This document shows positions 8,878 to 19,207 of a DNA stretch of 62,085 nucleotides, in pieces. The position numbers were made by a program, and so were the translations under genes. The number at the start of each line of letters is the position of its first letter. Position 1 is the first letter of the stretch. This stretch comes from Candidatus Limisoma gallistercoris (lineage in GTDB: Bacteria; Bacteroidota; Bacteroidia; Bacteroidales; Muribaculaceae), in assembly GCA_018712365.1 (NCBI GenBank), contig DVHD01000113.1:1-62085 (forward strand), read 5' to 3'. The notes beneath the pieces are model-generated. The model saw only the letters and a list, made by a program, of their open reading frames with translations. It was not told the DNA's origin and searched no databases.

Positions 8878-10389
8878 ATGGGTAAAAAAGCATTGTTGAT
8901 GATTCTCGACGGCTGGGGAATCGGAAACCACACGAAAAGCGACGTGATTTACAGCACTCCTACTCCTTACTGGGATTCTTTGTTGGCGAAATATCCGCAT
9001 TCGCAGCTTCAGGCGAGCGGCGAGAATGTGGGTCTGCCCGACGGACAGATGGGCAACTCCGAGGTGGGCCACCTGAATATCGGCGCGGGGCGTGTCCTCT
9101 ATCAGGACCTTGTGAAAATCAACAAGTCGATTGCCGACAAGTCGATTCTAAAGAACAAGGAAATCGTTTCGGCCTTCACATACGCAAAGGAGAGCGGAAA
9201 GGCAATCCACTTCATGGGACTGACTTCCGACGGAGGCGTACACAGCTCGCTGGAGCATCTGTTCGCTTTGTGCGACATCGCTAAGGAATACGGTTTGGAG
9301 AAGGTTTATCTCCACTGCTTTATGGACGGCCGCGACACCGACCCGAAGAGCGGCAAAGGATTCATCGAGCAGGTAGAGGCTCATTGCAAGCAGTCGGCCG
9401 GCGTGATTGCCTCCATCGTGGGACGTTTCTACGCCATGGACCGCGACAAGCGTTGGAACCGCGTGAAGGAGGCTTACGATTTGCTCGTGGAGGGCAAGGG
9501 CAAGCAGGCAGACGATATGGTTAAGGCCATGCAGGAATCCTACGACGAGGATGTGACCGACGAGTTCATCAAGCCGATCAACAATTCCACGGTAGACGGT
9601 ACAATCAAGGATGGCGACGCCGTAATCTTCTTCAACTACCGCAACGACCGCGCGAAGGAGCTTACCATCGCTCTGACGCAGAAGGACATGCCGGAAGAGG
9701 GGATGAAGACAATCCCGGGATTGCAGTACTACTGCATGACTCCTTACGACGCTTCGTTCAAGGGCGTGCATATCCTTTTCGACAAGGAAAACGTGCAGGA
9801 CACTCTTGGCGAATACCTTTCGCGCAACGGCAAGAAGCAGCTCCACATAGCGGAGACCGAGAAATATGCCCACGTTACGTTCTTCTTCAACGGCGGGCGC
9901 GAGGCTCCGTTCGAGGGCGAGGACCGCATACTTGTGCCGTCGCCGAAGGTTGCCACCTACGACCTGAAGCCGGAGATGAGCGCATACGAGGTGAAGGACA
10001 AGCTCGTGGAGGCCATCGGTACGGAGAAATACGATTTCATCGTAGTCAACTACGCCAACGGCGACATGGTGGGACACACCGGCGTGTACGAGGCTATCGA
10101 GAAGGCTGTGGTCACAATCGACAATTGCGTGAGGGATACCGTGGAGGCTGCCAAGGCTCATGGCTACGAGGTGATAATCATAGCCGACCACGGAAACGCC
10201 GACAACGCCATCAATGCCGACGGCACGCCCAATACGGCGCATTCGCTCAACCCGGTGCCGTGTGTCTACGTGACGGAAAAGACCGGCGTGGAAATCCACA
10301 ATGGTATCCTTGCCGACGTTGCTCCGACAATTCTTAAGATTATGGGCATGGAGCAGCCTTCCGACATGACAGGCAAGGCATTGTTCTAA
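8878..10389 (+). CDS. gpmI: 2,3-bisphosphoglycerate-independent phosphoglycerate mutase
   Basis: [27 protein letters not shown] and ADHGNAD motifs. Start set at the internal ATG 8878, downstream of the promoter box. Confidence 0.95.
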   Translation: MGKKALLMILDGWGIGNHTKSDVIYSTPTPYWDSLLAKYPHSQLQASGENVGLPDGQMGNSEVGHLNIGAGRVLYQDLVKINKSIADKSILKNKEIVSAFTYAKESGKAIHFMGLTSDGGVHSSLEHLFALCDIAKEYGLEKVYLHCFMDGRDTDPKSGKGFIEQVEAHCKQSAGVIASIVGRFYAMDRDKRWNRVKEAYDLLVEGKGKQADDMVKAMQESYDEDVTDEFIKPINNSTVDGTIKDGDAVIFFNYRNDRAKELTIALTQKDMPEEGMKTIPGLQYYCMTPYDASFKGVHILFDKENVQDTLGEYLSRNGKKQLHIAETEKYAHVTFFFNGGREAPFEGEDRILVPSPKVATYDLKPEMSAYEVKDKLVEAIGTEKYDFIVVNYANGDMVGHTGVYEAIEKAVVTIDNCVRDTVEAAKAHGYEVIIIADHGNADNAINADGTPNTAHSLNPVPCVYVTEKTGVEIHNGILADVAPTILKIMGMEQPSDMTGKALF

Positions 10390-10416
10390 GCGCCGGGGGC
10401 TTGAAAAGTCTGTGAT

Positions 10417-10460
10417 AAAAAAAGATTGGCGGAAAGCAAAACTCCCGCCAATCTTTTTTT
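10417..10460. terminator. Bidirectional rho-independent terminator between convergent gpmI and korB
   Basis: Hairpin GATTGGCGG-12 nt-CCGCCAATC, flanked by an A-run on the left and a T-run on the right. Confidence 0.8.
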
Positions 10461-10476
10461 ATTAATCTCCGGTGAC

Positions 10477-11490
10477 CTATTTCACTTCCCACGTCTCTCC
10501 GGCGAGAATCATCTCGCGGAGGGTGTGGTAAGGCTTTTTGCCTTCAACTTCGTGGGTCTGGCGGTCGACTTCCTCGTCGTAGACGGGAGCGTCGACATCA
10601 CGTATCACCCCGATGGCCAACGGCATAGTGTGTCCGTCCATCATCGCAAGCTGCTGGTGGAGGAGGTTGCTTTGGCAATGAGCGTCGTGGGTGAGCACGT
10701 CGTCAATCGTGTAGCCGTCCTGTCCTACCACGACCGCTTTCAGTCCGAAGCCGTCCTGCACGATGCCTTTCTCCTTTTCTTTTCCGAAAAGCATTTTCTC
10801 GCCATGTACAAGGTGGATTGTGTGGTCGGCACGAAGCTCTCTGTCGGAAACGAAGCTGTAGATTCCCTGATTGAAAATCACGCAGTTCTGAAGCATCTCG
10901 ACGACCGATGTGCCTTTATGGCGTGCAGCCGCAACCATCACTTCCTGCGAAGTCTTGAGCTCAACGTCGAGGCTGCGCGCGAAGAACGTCCCACGCGCGC
11001 CGAACACCAGCTCGGCCGGAATGAACGGGTCCTCGGTAGTGCCGTAAGGCGACGACTTGGAGACGAAACCACGCTCGGAAGTAGGGGAGTACTGTCCCTT
11101 TGTCAACCCATAAATGCGGTTGTTGAGCAGCACCATATTGATGTTGACGTTACGCCGCACGGCGTGGATGAAGTGGTTGCCTCCGATGGCCAAACCGTCG
11201 CCGTCGCCCGAAATCTGCCATACGGTCATTTCCGGGTTGGCCACCTTGAATCCGGTAGCCACGGCCGCCGCGCGTCCGTGGATGGTGTGGAATCCGTAGG
11301 TGTTCATATAATACGGCAGACGCGAGCTGCAGCCGATGCCTGAAATCACGGCAGTCTTCTCGGGCGGCACGCCTATTTCGGCCATGGCCTTGTGAAGCAC
11401 GTTAAGGATAGCGTGGTCGCCGCAGCCGGGACACCAACGCACGTATTGGTCGCTCTTATAGTCGGATGCTTGATATTTCTGTTCTTCCAT
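10477..11490 (-). CDS. korB: 2-oxoglutarate/2-oxoacid:ferredoxin oxidoreductase, beta (TPP-binding) subunit
   Basis: WCPGCGDHAIL and GDGDGLAIGGNHFIHA are the TPP-binding signature of OFOR beta subunits. Confidence 0.9.
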   Translation of the reverse strand: MEEQKYQASDYKSDQYVRWCPGCGDHAILNVLHKAMAEIGVPPEKTAVISGIGCSSRLPYYMNTYGFHTIHGRAAAVATGFKVANPEMTVWQISGDGDGLAIGGNHFIHAVRRNVNINMVLLNNRIYGLTKGQYSPTSERGFVSKSSPYGTTEDPFIPAELVFGARGTFFARSLDVELKTSQEVMVAAARHKGTSVVEMLQNCVIFNQGIYSFVSDRELRADHTIHLVHGEKMLFGKEKEKGIVQDGFGLKAVVVGQDGYTIDDVLTHDAHCQSNLLHQQLAMMDGHTMPLAIGVIRDVDAPVYDEEVDRQTHEVEGKKPYHTLREMILAGETWEVK

Positions 11491-11494
11491 AGCT

Positions 11495-13336
11495 TTAACC
11501 CTCCATTACTTTTTTGACACCATCGATTATTTCCTGAACGAGGAACGGCTGTCCCTGCACCTTGTTGATACGGCTGATCTTGACATCCGGGAATTTGGCC
11601 TGAAGGTAGTCGGCAAATTGTCCGGAGTTCAGTTCGGCAACAATGACATTCTTGTAGCGTGCGAGAGTCTCGCCGGTGTTCTTAGGCAGCGGGTTGATAT
11701 AGCGGAAATGCGCCATAGCCACTTTCTTACCTTCTGCGCGCAAAGCGTCGACAGCCTCGTGGATGTGTCCGAAAGTTCCGCCCCATCCTACTACGAGTGT
11801 GTCGGCATCCTCGTCGCCGTAAGGGTCCTTGCCGGGAATCTCGTTGGCTATATAGTCGATTTTTGCCTGACGGCAGCGTACCATCTTCTCGTGGTTTACG
11901 GGGTCGGTGGAAATGGCACCAGTGACGGAGTCCTTTTCCAATCCGCCGATGCGGTGCATCAGTCCCGGAGTGCCCGGTATTGCCCAGTAGCGCGCGAAAG
12001 TCTCGTCGCGGTCGTAAGGATGCCATCCTTCGCGGCGGTCTTCCGGCACGAAGCGCGGCTTGATTTCCGGGTATTCATCGTCGTCGGGCAGGCGGAATGC
12101 CGAAGAGCCGTTGGCGATGAAAGCGTCGGTGAGCAGGATGACAGGGGTCATGTGCTCGATGGCGATACGCGCGGCCTCGAAAGCCATCTGGAAGCAGTCG
12201 GTAGGCGATGCCGCGGCGAGGACTACAAGCGGGCATTCGCCGTTGCGCCCGTAGAGAGCCTGACGCAAGTCGGTCTGCTCGGTCTTCGTCGGAAGCCCGG
12301 TAGACGGTCCTCCGCGCTGCACGTCGATAACCACTAAAGGCAGCTCGGCCATGACGGCCAGTCCCAGTCCCTCGCTCTTCAGAGCCAGTCCCGGGCCGGA
12401 AGTGGTGGTCACGGCAAGGTCGCCGGCAAACGAAGCGCCGATAGCCGAACAGATGCCGGCAATCTCGTCTTCCATCTGGCAAGCCTTCACACCCAAGTCC
12501 TTGCGTTTGGCAAGCTCGTGGAGAATGTCGGTAGCCGGAGTAATCGGGTAGCTTCCGAGGAACAGCGGCCGCCCCGACTTTTCGGATGCGTAGATAAGTC
12601 CCCACGCCGTGGCTGTGTTGCCGTTGACGTCGGTATAAACGCCCGGCTTCGCCTCGCTCGGCTCGATGCGGTAGGTGGAGACTGAGGCGTGTATGTTGTG
12701 GCCGTAGTCGTAGCCCGCGCAAATCACCTTTGCGTTGGCCTCGTAGATGGCAGGCTTCTTGGCAAACTTATTCTTAAGCAGGTGCAAGGCCGGTTTCAAC
12801 GGACGGTCGAACAGCCAGCACACCAGACCGAGCGCGAACATGTTCTTGCAGCGGAGCATCGATTTCATGTCCAGCCCTGAATCGGCAAGCGCCGATTTCA
12901 CCATCGTGGAGATGGGCACTTCCACAACCTGAGCGTCCAGCCCGATTTCCTTGTAAGGGTCGTTGGTCGTGTAAAGCGCTTTTTTCAAGTCCTGCTCGCG
13001 GAAAGAGTCGATGTCGACAATCGCCACACCGCCTTTCTTGAGGAAGCAGGCATGGCGTTTCAAAGCCGCGGGGTTCATGGCCACAAGCACGTCGGCCTCG
13101 TCGCCCGGCGTATGCACGCCTTTACCTATGTGGACTTGAAACCCGGAGACACCGCTGAGAGTGCCTTGCGGGGCGCGGATTTCCGCCGGATAGTCGGGGA
13201 AAGTGGAAATCTGGTCGCCCACCCCGGCAGAGACGTTCGAGAAAATGTTGCCCGCAAGCTGCATTCCGTCCCCGGAGTCGCCGGAGAAACGCACTACAAC
13301 ATTTTCAAGAGTTTTTACATTGGTTTTTTCTAACAT
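11495..13336 (-). CDS. korA: 2-oxoglutarate/2-oxoacid:ferredoxin oxidoreductase, fused gamma-alpha subunit
   Basis: A 613-aa protein with an N-terminal gamma-like domain (FSGDSGDGMQLAGNIF) and an alpha domain (GSYPITPATDILH). It sits 4 nt upstream of korB. Confidence 0.9.
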   Translation of the reverse strand: MLEKTNVKTLENVVVRFSGDSGDGMQLAGNIFSNVSAGVGDQISTFPDYPAEIRAPQGTLSGVSGFQVHIGKGVHTPGDEADVLVAMNPAALKRHACFLKKGGVAIVDIDSFREQDLKKALYTTNDPYKEIGLDAQVVEVPISTMVKSALADSGLDMKSMLRCKNMFALGLVCWLFDRPLKPALHLLKNKFAKKPAIYEANAKVICAGYDYGHNIHASVSTYRIEPSEAKPGVYTDVNGNTATAWGLIYASEKSGRPLFLGSYPITPATDILHELAKRKDLGVKACQMEDEIAGICSAIGASFAGDLAVTTTSGPGLALKSEGLGLAVMAELPLVVIDVQRGGPSTGLPTKTEQTDLRQALYGRNGECPLVVLAAASPTDCFQMAFEAARIAIEHMTPVILLTDAFIANGSSAFRLPDDDEYPEIKPRFVPEDRREGWHPYDRDETFARYWAIPGTPGLMHRIGGLEKDSVTGAISTDPVNHEKMVRCRQAKIDYIANEIPGKDPYGDEDADTLVVGWGGTFGHIHEAVDALRAEGKKVAMAHFRYINPLPKNTGETLARYKNVIVAELNSGQFADYLQAKFPDVKISRINKVQGQPFLVQEIIDGVKKVMEG

Positions 13337-13380
13337 AAATCTTTAATTTAAGACTGTTTTATGCCTGTTTGTACTGTCGT

Positions 13381-13388
13381 GCAAAGTT
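13381..13388 (-). promoter_or_regulatory. -7 box TAACTTTG for korAB
   Basis: Reverse complement of caaagtta matches TAnnTTTG, 45 nt upstream of the korA ATG. Confidence 0.5.
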
Positions 13389-13464
13389 AGGCTTTTTCCG
13401 ACAAAACAAACAATCTATTCAGAAAATTTGTTACCGATTCCAAATTTTTCACACGCCGCTTCCT

Positions 13465-13580
13465 TCCGCCGCAAAAACATTCAGCAGATTGCCACAAAAA
13501 CACGCAACAAATTACCGCAGAAACACTCAACGGATTGCCACAAAAACATGCAACAGATTTTGCAAATCGGTGAAAAACAA
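13465..13580. repeat. About five degenerate tandem copies of a 23-nt unit (GATTGCCACAAAAACAYGCAACA)
   Basis: Read directly: ..ccgcaaaaacattcagca / gattgccacaaaaacacgcaaca / aattaccgcagaaacactcaacg / gattgccacaaaaacatgcaaca / gattttgcaaatcggtgaaaaaca. The array lies in the divergent korA / lplA intergenic region. Confidence 0.7.
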
Positions 13581-13874
13581 GTGATTGAAAAAACACTTGT
13601 CTGCTAAAAAAGATGAGGAATTAAGGACTTAATTTTATGAGAGTTAGGGATAAGTAGGCGGGAAATATTACGGAGTTGAAGGCATGGATAAGTCCCTGCT
13701 TGCTGCTGCACTCCGCTTGCTGCAGTCTCCATGAAGTTCTTCCGCTCTGCGGTTAACTGTCCCGCAATTTGCGGCACAAGTGCAAACTTCTGACTCCCCG
13801 CTTCTGGCTTTGTGCCATGGGAAAATATGTTGTGAAACATAGGGGTGGGCTTTTGCGGTTATGCGGAAAAGCCG

Positions 13875-13882
13875 TAATTTTG
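13875..13882 (+). promoter_or_regulatory. -7 box TAATTTTG for the lplA-gcv cluster
   Basis: Exact TAnnTTTG match 22 nt upstream of the ATG at 13904. Confidence 0.5.
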
Positions 13883-13903
13883 AAAATTAAATCCGATCGA
13901 ATC

Positions 13904-14887
13904 ATGAAATTGGTGAAATTATCCGGCAACTACCTCCCGAGACGGCTTACATTCTACCTCGCGATGGAGGAGTATGTGGCCCGCGAAATGCCAGCGGGAC
14001 ACGACTATTTCTTCACGTGGCAGTCGGAGCCTACGGTGATAGCCGGGCGCAACCAATTGATTGAGGCTGAAGCCGACACGGAATATTGCCGCCGTAACGG
14101 CATCGCCGTGGTGCGCCGTAAAAGCGGAGGAGGCTGCGTTTATTCCGACATGGGCAACTTGATGCTGTCGTGTGTCACCGACGGCGGGCAGGTGGGGTTT
14201 GTTTTCGACCGCTATCTGCGCCGCATAGCCCTTGCCTTGTCGAAGAAAGGCATTGCCGCGCAAGTGTCGGGAAGGAACGACATCACGGTGGAAGGGCGGA
14301 AAGTGTCGGGAAACGCGTTCCTGCAATTGCCGGGCGGGCGGTGCATAATCCACGGCACACTGCTGTGCGAGACTGACCTCGGCCGGATGGAGCGCGCCCT
14401 CACGCCCGCGGCCGGCAAGCTGGAAAGCAAGGGGGTGGCATCTGTGCGCAGCCGTGTGGTCAATCTGAAAGATATTGCCGGGACGAGGACGGAGGAAATG
14501 CGCCTGTGGATGGAGCGCGAGATGTGCGACGGCGAGACGCTTCTCGGCGATGATGCCGTAGGGCGCATAAAGGAAATCGAGAAAACCTACCTCGACCCGC
14601 TTTTCGTAGGCGGGAAGAATCCGCCGTTCACGGTAACTCGCCGTGTAAGGACGGCCGGCGGGGAAGTCTGCCTTAAAGCCGATGTCAGGAACGGCATAAT
14701 AAAATCCGTGTCGCTCACCGGCGACTTCCTGTCATGCGGCGACCCTTCCGTAGCGGTAGGCAAAGCCCTTGCCGGACGCCGTTTTTCGGAAGAGGAAGCC
14801 AGAAAATCGCTGGAGGGCATAGATATGCGGCAATATATCTCCGGGCTTACGACGGAGAAATTCATAGAGACATTATTCAAACCTTGA
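13904..14887 (+). CDS. lplA: Lipoate-protein ligase A
   Basis: VRRKSGGGCVYSDMGN and GRKVSGNAF motifs. Start set at MKLVKL (13904), downstream of the promoter box. Confidence 0.9.
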   Translation: MKLVKLSGNYLPRRLTFYLAMEEYVAREMPAGHDYFFTWQSEPTVIAGRNQLIEAEADTEYCRRNGIAVVRRKSGGGCVYSDMGNLMLSCVTDGGQVGFVFDRYLRRIALALSKKGIAAQVSGRNDITVEGRKVSGNAFLQLPGGRCIIHGTLLCETDLGRMERALTPAAGKLESKGVASVRSRVVNLKDIAGTRTEEMRLWMEREMCDGETLLGDDAVGRIKEIEKTYLDPLFVGGKNPPFTVTRRVRTAGGEVCLKADVRNGIIKSVSLTGDFLSCGDPSVAVGKALAGRRFSEEEARKSLEGIDMRQYISGLTTEKFIETLFKP

Positions 14888-14902
14888 AATAAGAATCAAA
14901 AT

Positions 14903-15994
14903 ATGGAAAACTTGCAAAAGACCTGCCTTTACGACCGCCACGTGGCGGCAAACGCCAAGATGAGCCCCTTCGGCGGGTTCATGATGCCTATCGAATATAC
15001 CGGCATAATAGCCGAGCACAATGCCGTCAGGCATGCAGCCGGGATGTTCGACGTTTCGCACATGGGCGAAATTTTCGTCACCGGGGCTGATGCGGAGAAA
15101 TTCGTGAACCACATATTCACGAACGACGCTTCCGCCCTGACCCCGGGGAAGATACAGTACGGCATGATGCTGTATCCCGACGGCGGCACGGTCGACGACC
15201 TGCTGGTCTACCGTATGGATGGCGGGCGGTGGCTGCTCGTGGTGAACGCCGCCAACATAGCGAAAGACTATGGGTGGATTGTGGAAAACGCCAAAGGCTA
15301 CGACGTGGCGCTCGACAACGCTTCGGAACGCTGGGCGCAGATAGCGTTGCAGGGCCCTGATTCCGAACGCATTGCCGGAGAAACTCTCGGTCTCGACTTG
15401 TCAGATCTTGCATTCTACACTTTTAAGGAGACAACGTGGGATGGCATGCCGTTGATAGTTAGCCGCACGGGATATACCGGAGAGGACGGCTTCGAGTTCT
15501 ATGCAGCCCCCGAATCGATAATCAAGATGTGGGACAAGCTGGCCGCCGCAGGAGTTACGCTCTGCGGATTAGGATGCCGCGACACGCTGCGCTTCGAAGT
15601 AGGCCTTCCGCTCTACGGCCACGAGCTGAGCGCGGAAATATCGCCGGTGGAGGGCGGCTTGGGAATGTTTGTCAAGACCGACAAAGCGGAATTCATCGGC
15701 AAGGAAGCTATCGTAAGGCAAAAGACGGAGGGAATCACAAAGAAAGTGGTAGGCATAGAACTTGCAGACAAGGCCATACCCCGCGCCGGCTACGACGTTG
15801 AGGCCGACGGAAAGGCGATTGGCAAGGTCACTACCGGCTACCAGTCGATTTCCACCGGAAAGAGCGTGTGCATGGCGTTGATTGACAAGCAATACGCCAC
15901 AATCGGCCAACCGGTAGAAATCAGAATCCGGAAAAAAGCGTTCAAAGGGACGGTATGCAAAAAACGTTTCTACGACAAGAATTACAAGAAATAA
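14903..15994 (+). CDS. gcvT: Glycine cleavage system T protein (aminomethyltransferase)
   Basis: LYDRHVAANAKMSPFGGFMMPIEY, GMFDVSHMGEI and SRTGYTGEDGFE. Confidence 0.95.
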   Translation: MENLQKTCLYDRHVAANAKMSPFGGFMMPIEYTGIIAEHNAVRHAAGMFDVSHMGEIFVTGADAEKFVNHIFTNDASALTPGKIQYGMMLYPDGGTVDDLLVYRMDGGRWLLVVNAANIAKDYGWIVENAKGYDVALDNASERWAQIALQGPDSERIAGETLGLDLSDLAFYTFKETTWDGMPLIVSRTGYTGEDGFEFYAAPESIIKMWDKLAAAGVTLCGLGCRDTLRFEVGLPLYGHELSAEISPVEGGLGMFVKTDKAEFIGKEAIVRQKTEGITKKVVGIELADKAIPRAGYDVEADGKAIGKVTTGYQSISTGKSVCMALIDKQYATIGQPVEIRIRKKAFKGTVCKKRFYDKNYKK

Positions 15995-16028
15995 TTACAA
16001 ATTACAAACCTCATAAAATTAAACAATC

Positions 16029-16418
16029 ATGGCAAAGACAATCGAAGGATTATACTACAGCGAATCTCACGAGTGGGTGAAGATTGAAGGCGAATACGGA
16101 TATGTGGGCATCACCGACTACGCGCAGCAGGCGATGGGCAACATCGTGTATGTCGACATGCCGGAAGAAGGCGACGAGTTCGGCGCGGGCGAGGAGTTCG
16201 GCGCGGTGGAGAGCGTGAAAGCCGCCAGCGACCTTATTTCGCCGGTTTCGGGCGTTGTGGAGGAAATCAACGAGGCCTTGGAGGACCAGCCGGAGCTAAT
16301 CAACAAGGACGCATACGGGGCGTGGATAATGAAAGTGAAACTCAGCGACCCGGCAGAGACAGAATCGCTTATGGACGCAGCGGCATACGCCGGTTTTTGT
16401 GAAAAAGAAGAACACTGA
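16029..16418 (+). CDS. gcvH: Glycine cleavage system H protein
   Basis: YSESHEWVK, GITDYAQ and the lipoyl-lysine motif VESVKAASD. Confidence 0.95.
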   Translation: MAKTIEGLYYSESHEWVKIEGEYGYVGITDYAQQAMGNIVYVDMPEEGDEFGAGEEFGAVESVKAASDLISPVSGVVEEINEALEDQPELINKDAYGAWIMKVKLSDPAETESLMDAAAYAGFCEKEEH

Positions 16419-16422
16419 CGAC

Positions 16423-17754
16423 ATGAGCTACCCATACTTTCCGCATACCGGCGACGACATCGCCGGCATGCTCGGACGGATAGGCGCGAAGTCGCTTGAC
16501 GACCTTTATGCCGATGTCCCTTCCGAAGTGCTTTACAACGGCGATTACGACCTTCCCGACGCTATGCCGGAAATGGAGGTGCGCCGTTATTTCGACAGTC
16601 TTGACAGGAAGAACCGCCGCTTGACAGTGTTCGGCGGCTGCGGAGCCTACGACCACTACAGCCCGGCCGTGATACCGGCGTTGATAAGCCGCGCGGAATT
16701 CCTTACGGCATATACGCCTTATCAGGCCGAAATATCGCAAGGCACGCTGCGCTACATCTTCGAGTTCCAGACAATGATGGCCGAGCTTACCGGAATGGAC
16801 TGCGCCAACGCCTCGATGTACGACGGCGCTACCTCGGCCGCCGAGGCCATGCTTATGGCAAAGGCCGCCACAAGGAAGAAGAACCGTGTGCTCGTGTCGG
16901 GGGCGATGCCCGGCAACGTTATTGAAGTGGTGGCTACCTATATGAAGTACCACGGAGTGGAAATGACAGTCACCCCATTGGACAACGGAGCCACCGACAT
17001 TGCGGCAATCGTGAAAGAGTTGCAGGTCGGCGACGTGGCCGGAGCGCTTGTGCCGGGCGTGAACAGATACGGAATCATAGAGGACCTGACGGGGCTTGCC
17101 GATGCCGTACACGGCACGAAAGCCCTGCTGGCAGTATACAGCGACCCTTCGGCGCTCGCGGTGCTTAAAACTCCGGGCGAATGGGGAGCCGACATAGCGT
17201 GCGGCGACGCGCAGACACTCGGCATACCGCTCAATTTCGGCGGTCCATACGTGGGTTTCCTCGCTTGCAGGAAAGAATTGGTGCGCAAGCTGCCGGGACG
17301 CATTGTGGGAGCCACTACCGACATCGACGGCCGGCGCGCGTTCGTGCTTACGCTGCAAGCCCGCGAGCAGCACATCCGCCGGGAGAAAGCCACAAGCAAC
17401 ATCTGCTCTAACCAGTCGCTTATGGCATTGTATGTGACGGTATATCTTTCGCTTATGGGCAAAGAAGGGATGAAGAGGGTGAACGGCCTGTCGTATGGCG
17501 GAGCCCATTACCTTCATAAACAACTGCTCGCTACCGGGAAATTCAGCGAGGCTTTCGGCGGACGGCCGTTCCTGAAAGAATTCACCTTGCGAACTCCGCT
17601 ACCGGCCGGGAAACTGCACGCCGCGCTTGCCGACGGCGGCTATCTGGCGGCAATGCCGATGGGCGGCGATTTGGTTTCGTTCTGCGTCACTGAGAAACGC
17701 ACCCGCGAGGAAATCGACAGTATGGTTGAACTGATTAAGAAAATCGAGCTATGA
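16423..17754 (+). CDS. gcvPA: Glycine dehydrogenase (decarboxylating) subunit 1
   Basis: [23 protein letters not shown] motif. Start set at MSYPYFPHT (16423), just after the gcvH stop. Confidence 0.93.
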   Translation: MSYPYFPHTGDDIAGMLGRIGAKSLDDLYADVPSEVLYNGDYDLPDAMPEMEVRRYFDSLDRKNRRLTVFGGCGAYDHYSPAVIPALISRAEFLTAYTPYQAEISQGTLRYIFEFQTMMAELTGMDCANASMYDGATSAAEAMLMAKAATRKKNRVLVSGAMPGNVIEVVATYMKYHGVEMTVTPLDNGATDIAAIVKELQVGDVAGALVPGVNRYGIIEDLTGLADAVHGTKALLAVYSDPSALAVLKTPGEWGADIACGDAQTLGIPLNFGGPYVGFLACRKELVRKLPGRIVGATTDIDGRRAFVLTLQAREQHIRREKATSNICSNQSLMALYVTVYLSLMGKEGMKRVNGLSYGGAHYLHKQLLATGKFSEAFGGRPFLKEFTLRTPLPAGKLHAALADGGYLAAMPMGGDLVSFCVTEKRTREEIDSMVELIKKIEL

Positions 17755-19202
17755 AATATTACGACAAACTGATATTCGAGCTGTCGCAACCGGGGCGTTG
17801 CGGCTATTCGCTGCCCGAAAACCGGTGGGAGGAGACTTGCGAAGGGCTGCCAGCCGCATTGCGGCGCGGTGGAGAGGCACGTCTGCCGGAAGTGAGCGAG
17901 CCCGACGTGGTGCGCCACTACACCAACCTCTCGAACATGAATTTCGGGGTTGACACCGGATTCTACCCGTTAGGAAGCTGCACGATGAAATATAACCCGA
18001 AAATCAACGAGGAAATAGCGTCGATGCCGGGATTCGCGTGCCTGCATCCACTACAACCGGAGCAGACGGCGCAGGGGGCGTTGCAACTCTACCACGACCT
18101 CGGCAAGGCGCTCTCGGCAATCACCGGGATGGCGGAGTTCACCCTCAATCCGTTCGCCGGGGCGCACGGCGAGCTTACCGGGCTGATGATAATGCGCCAG
18201 TACCACCTGCAACGCGGCGATCTGAAGCGCACCCGCGTGATTGTCCCCGACAGCGCGCACGGCACCAACCCGGCGAGCGCGGCGGTATGCGGTCTGGAGG
18301 TCGTAGTGGTGAAGTCGAAGGCTGACGGTACAATCGACACCGACGAGCTTGCCGCATTGCTCGACGACACCATAGCCGGAATAATGATGACCAACCCTAA
18401 CACGCTCGGACTGTTCGAGAAAGAGATATTGAAGATAGCGGAGATGGTACACGGTTGCGGAGGCCTGCTCTACTACGACGGCGCTAATTTCAACCCGCTG
18501 CTCGGCAAGGTGCGCCCCGGCGACATGGGCTTCGACATACTGCACCTGAACCTTCACAAGACGTTCTCCACGCCTCACGGAGGCGGAGGGCCGGGTTCCG
18601 GCCCGGTGGGAGTGGCCGCGCGGCTTGCGGAACTGTTGCCTTATCCGCGCGTGACGTTCGACGGCAGCCGCTACCACGTCGTCGGCGACAACGGCAAGTC
18701 GGCGGGGCGCGTCTCTGGATTTGCGGGTAATTTCACCGTATTGCTGAAAGCCTGCGCCTACATCCTGTCGCTCGGCAAACAGAACATCAAGCTGGCCGGA
18801 GCGTTGGCCACACTCAACGCCAATTACATAAAGGAAAGCCTGAAAGACTGCTACAAGCTGCCGATAGACACGCTTTGCAAACACGAATTCGTGTTCGACG
18901 GCCTTGCCGACAAGTCGACCGGCATCACGACGCTCGACGTGGCGAAACGGTTGCTCGATTACGGATTCCATGCGCCGACGGTGTATTTCCCGCTGCTATT
19001 CCACCAGTCGATAATGATAGAGCCGACGGAAACGGAATCGAAAGAGACGCTCGACGCTTTCATCGCCGTGATGAGGAAGATAGCGGAAGAAGCGGCATCC
19101 GAGCCCGACACTTTGCGCGAAGCCCCGCACAGCACGCCGGTTCGCCGTCTGGACGAGACAACGGCCGCAAAGAATCCGGTATTGACTTACTTTGAAATGT
19201 GA
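17751..19202 (+). CDS. gcvPB: Glycine dehydrogenase (decarboxylating) subunit 2
   Basis: [10 protein letters not shown] and the PLP-lysine region [22 protein letters not shown] overlap with gcvPA. Confidence 0.95.
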   Translation: MKYYDKLIFELSQPGRCGYSLPENRWEETCEGLPAALRRGGEARLPEVSEPDVVRHYTNLSNMNFGVDTGFYPLGSCTMKYNPKINEEIASMPGFACLHPLQPEQTAQGALQLYHDLGKALSAITGMAEFTLNPFAGAHGELTGLMIMRQYHLQRGDLKRTRVIVPDSAHGTNPASAAVCGLEVVVVKSKADGTIDTDELAALLDDTIAGIMMTNPNTLGLFEKEILKIAEMVHGCGGLLYYDGANFNPLLGKVRPGDMGFDILHLNLHKTFSTPHGGGGPGSGPVGVAARLAELLPYPRVTFDGSRYHVVGDNGKSAGRVSGFAGNFTVLLKACAYILSLGKQNIKLAGALATLNANYIKESLKDCYKLPIDTLCKHEFVFDGLADKSTGITTLDVAKRLLDYGFHAPTVYFPLLFHQSIMIEPTETESKETLDAFIAVMRKIAEEAASEPDTLREAPHSTPVRRLDETTAAKNPVLTYFEM

Positions 19203-19207
19203 TTGAA

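Noticed and set aside
9148-11343. 383-aa and 305-aa ORFs antisense to gpmI and korB
   Set aside because: These are shadow ORFs of well-supported genes, with skewed V/H/R/A composition.
13465-13580. Possible CRISPR arrays (also the 22-nt units at 33339-33398 and the 19-nt units at 45113-45169)
   Set aside because: The units are directly adjacent with no unique spacers and are too short. There is no cas gene in the window.
16369-18971. 384-aa and 306-aa ORFs antisense to gcvPA and gcvPB
   Set aside because: These are shadow ORFs opposite strongly recognisable glycine-cleavage genes, with no independent signals.
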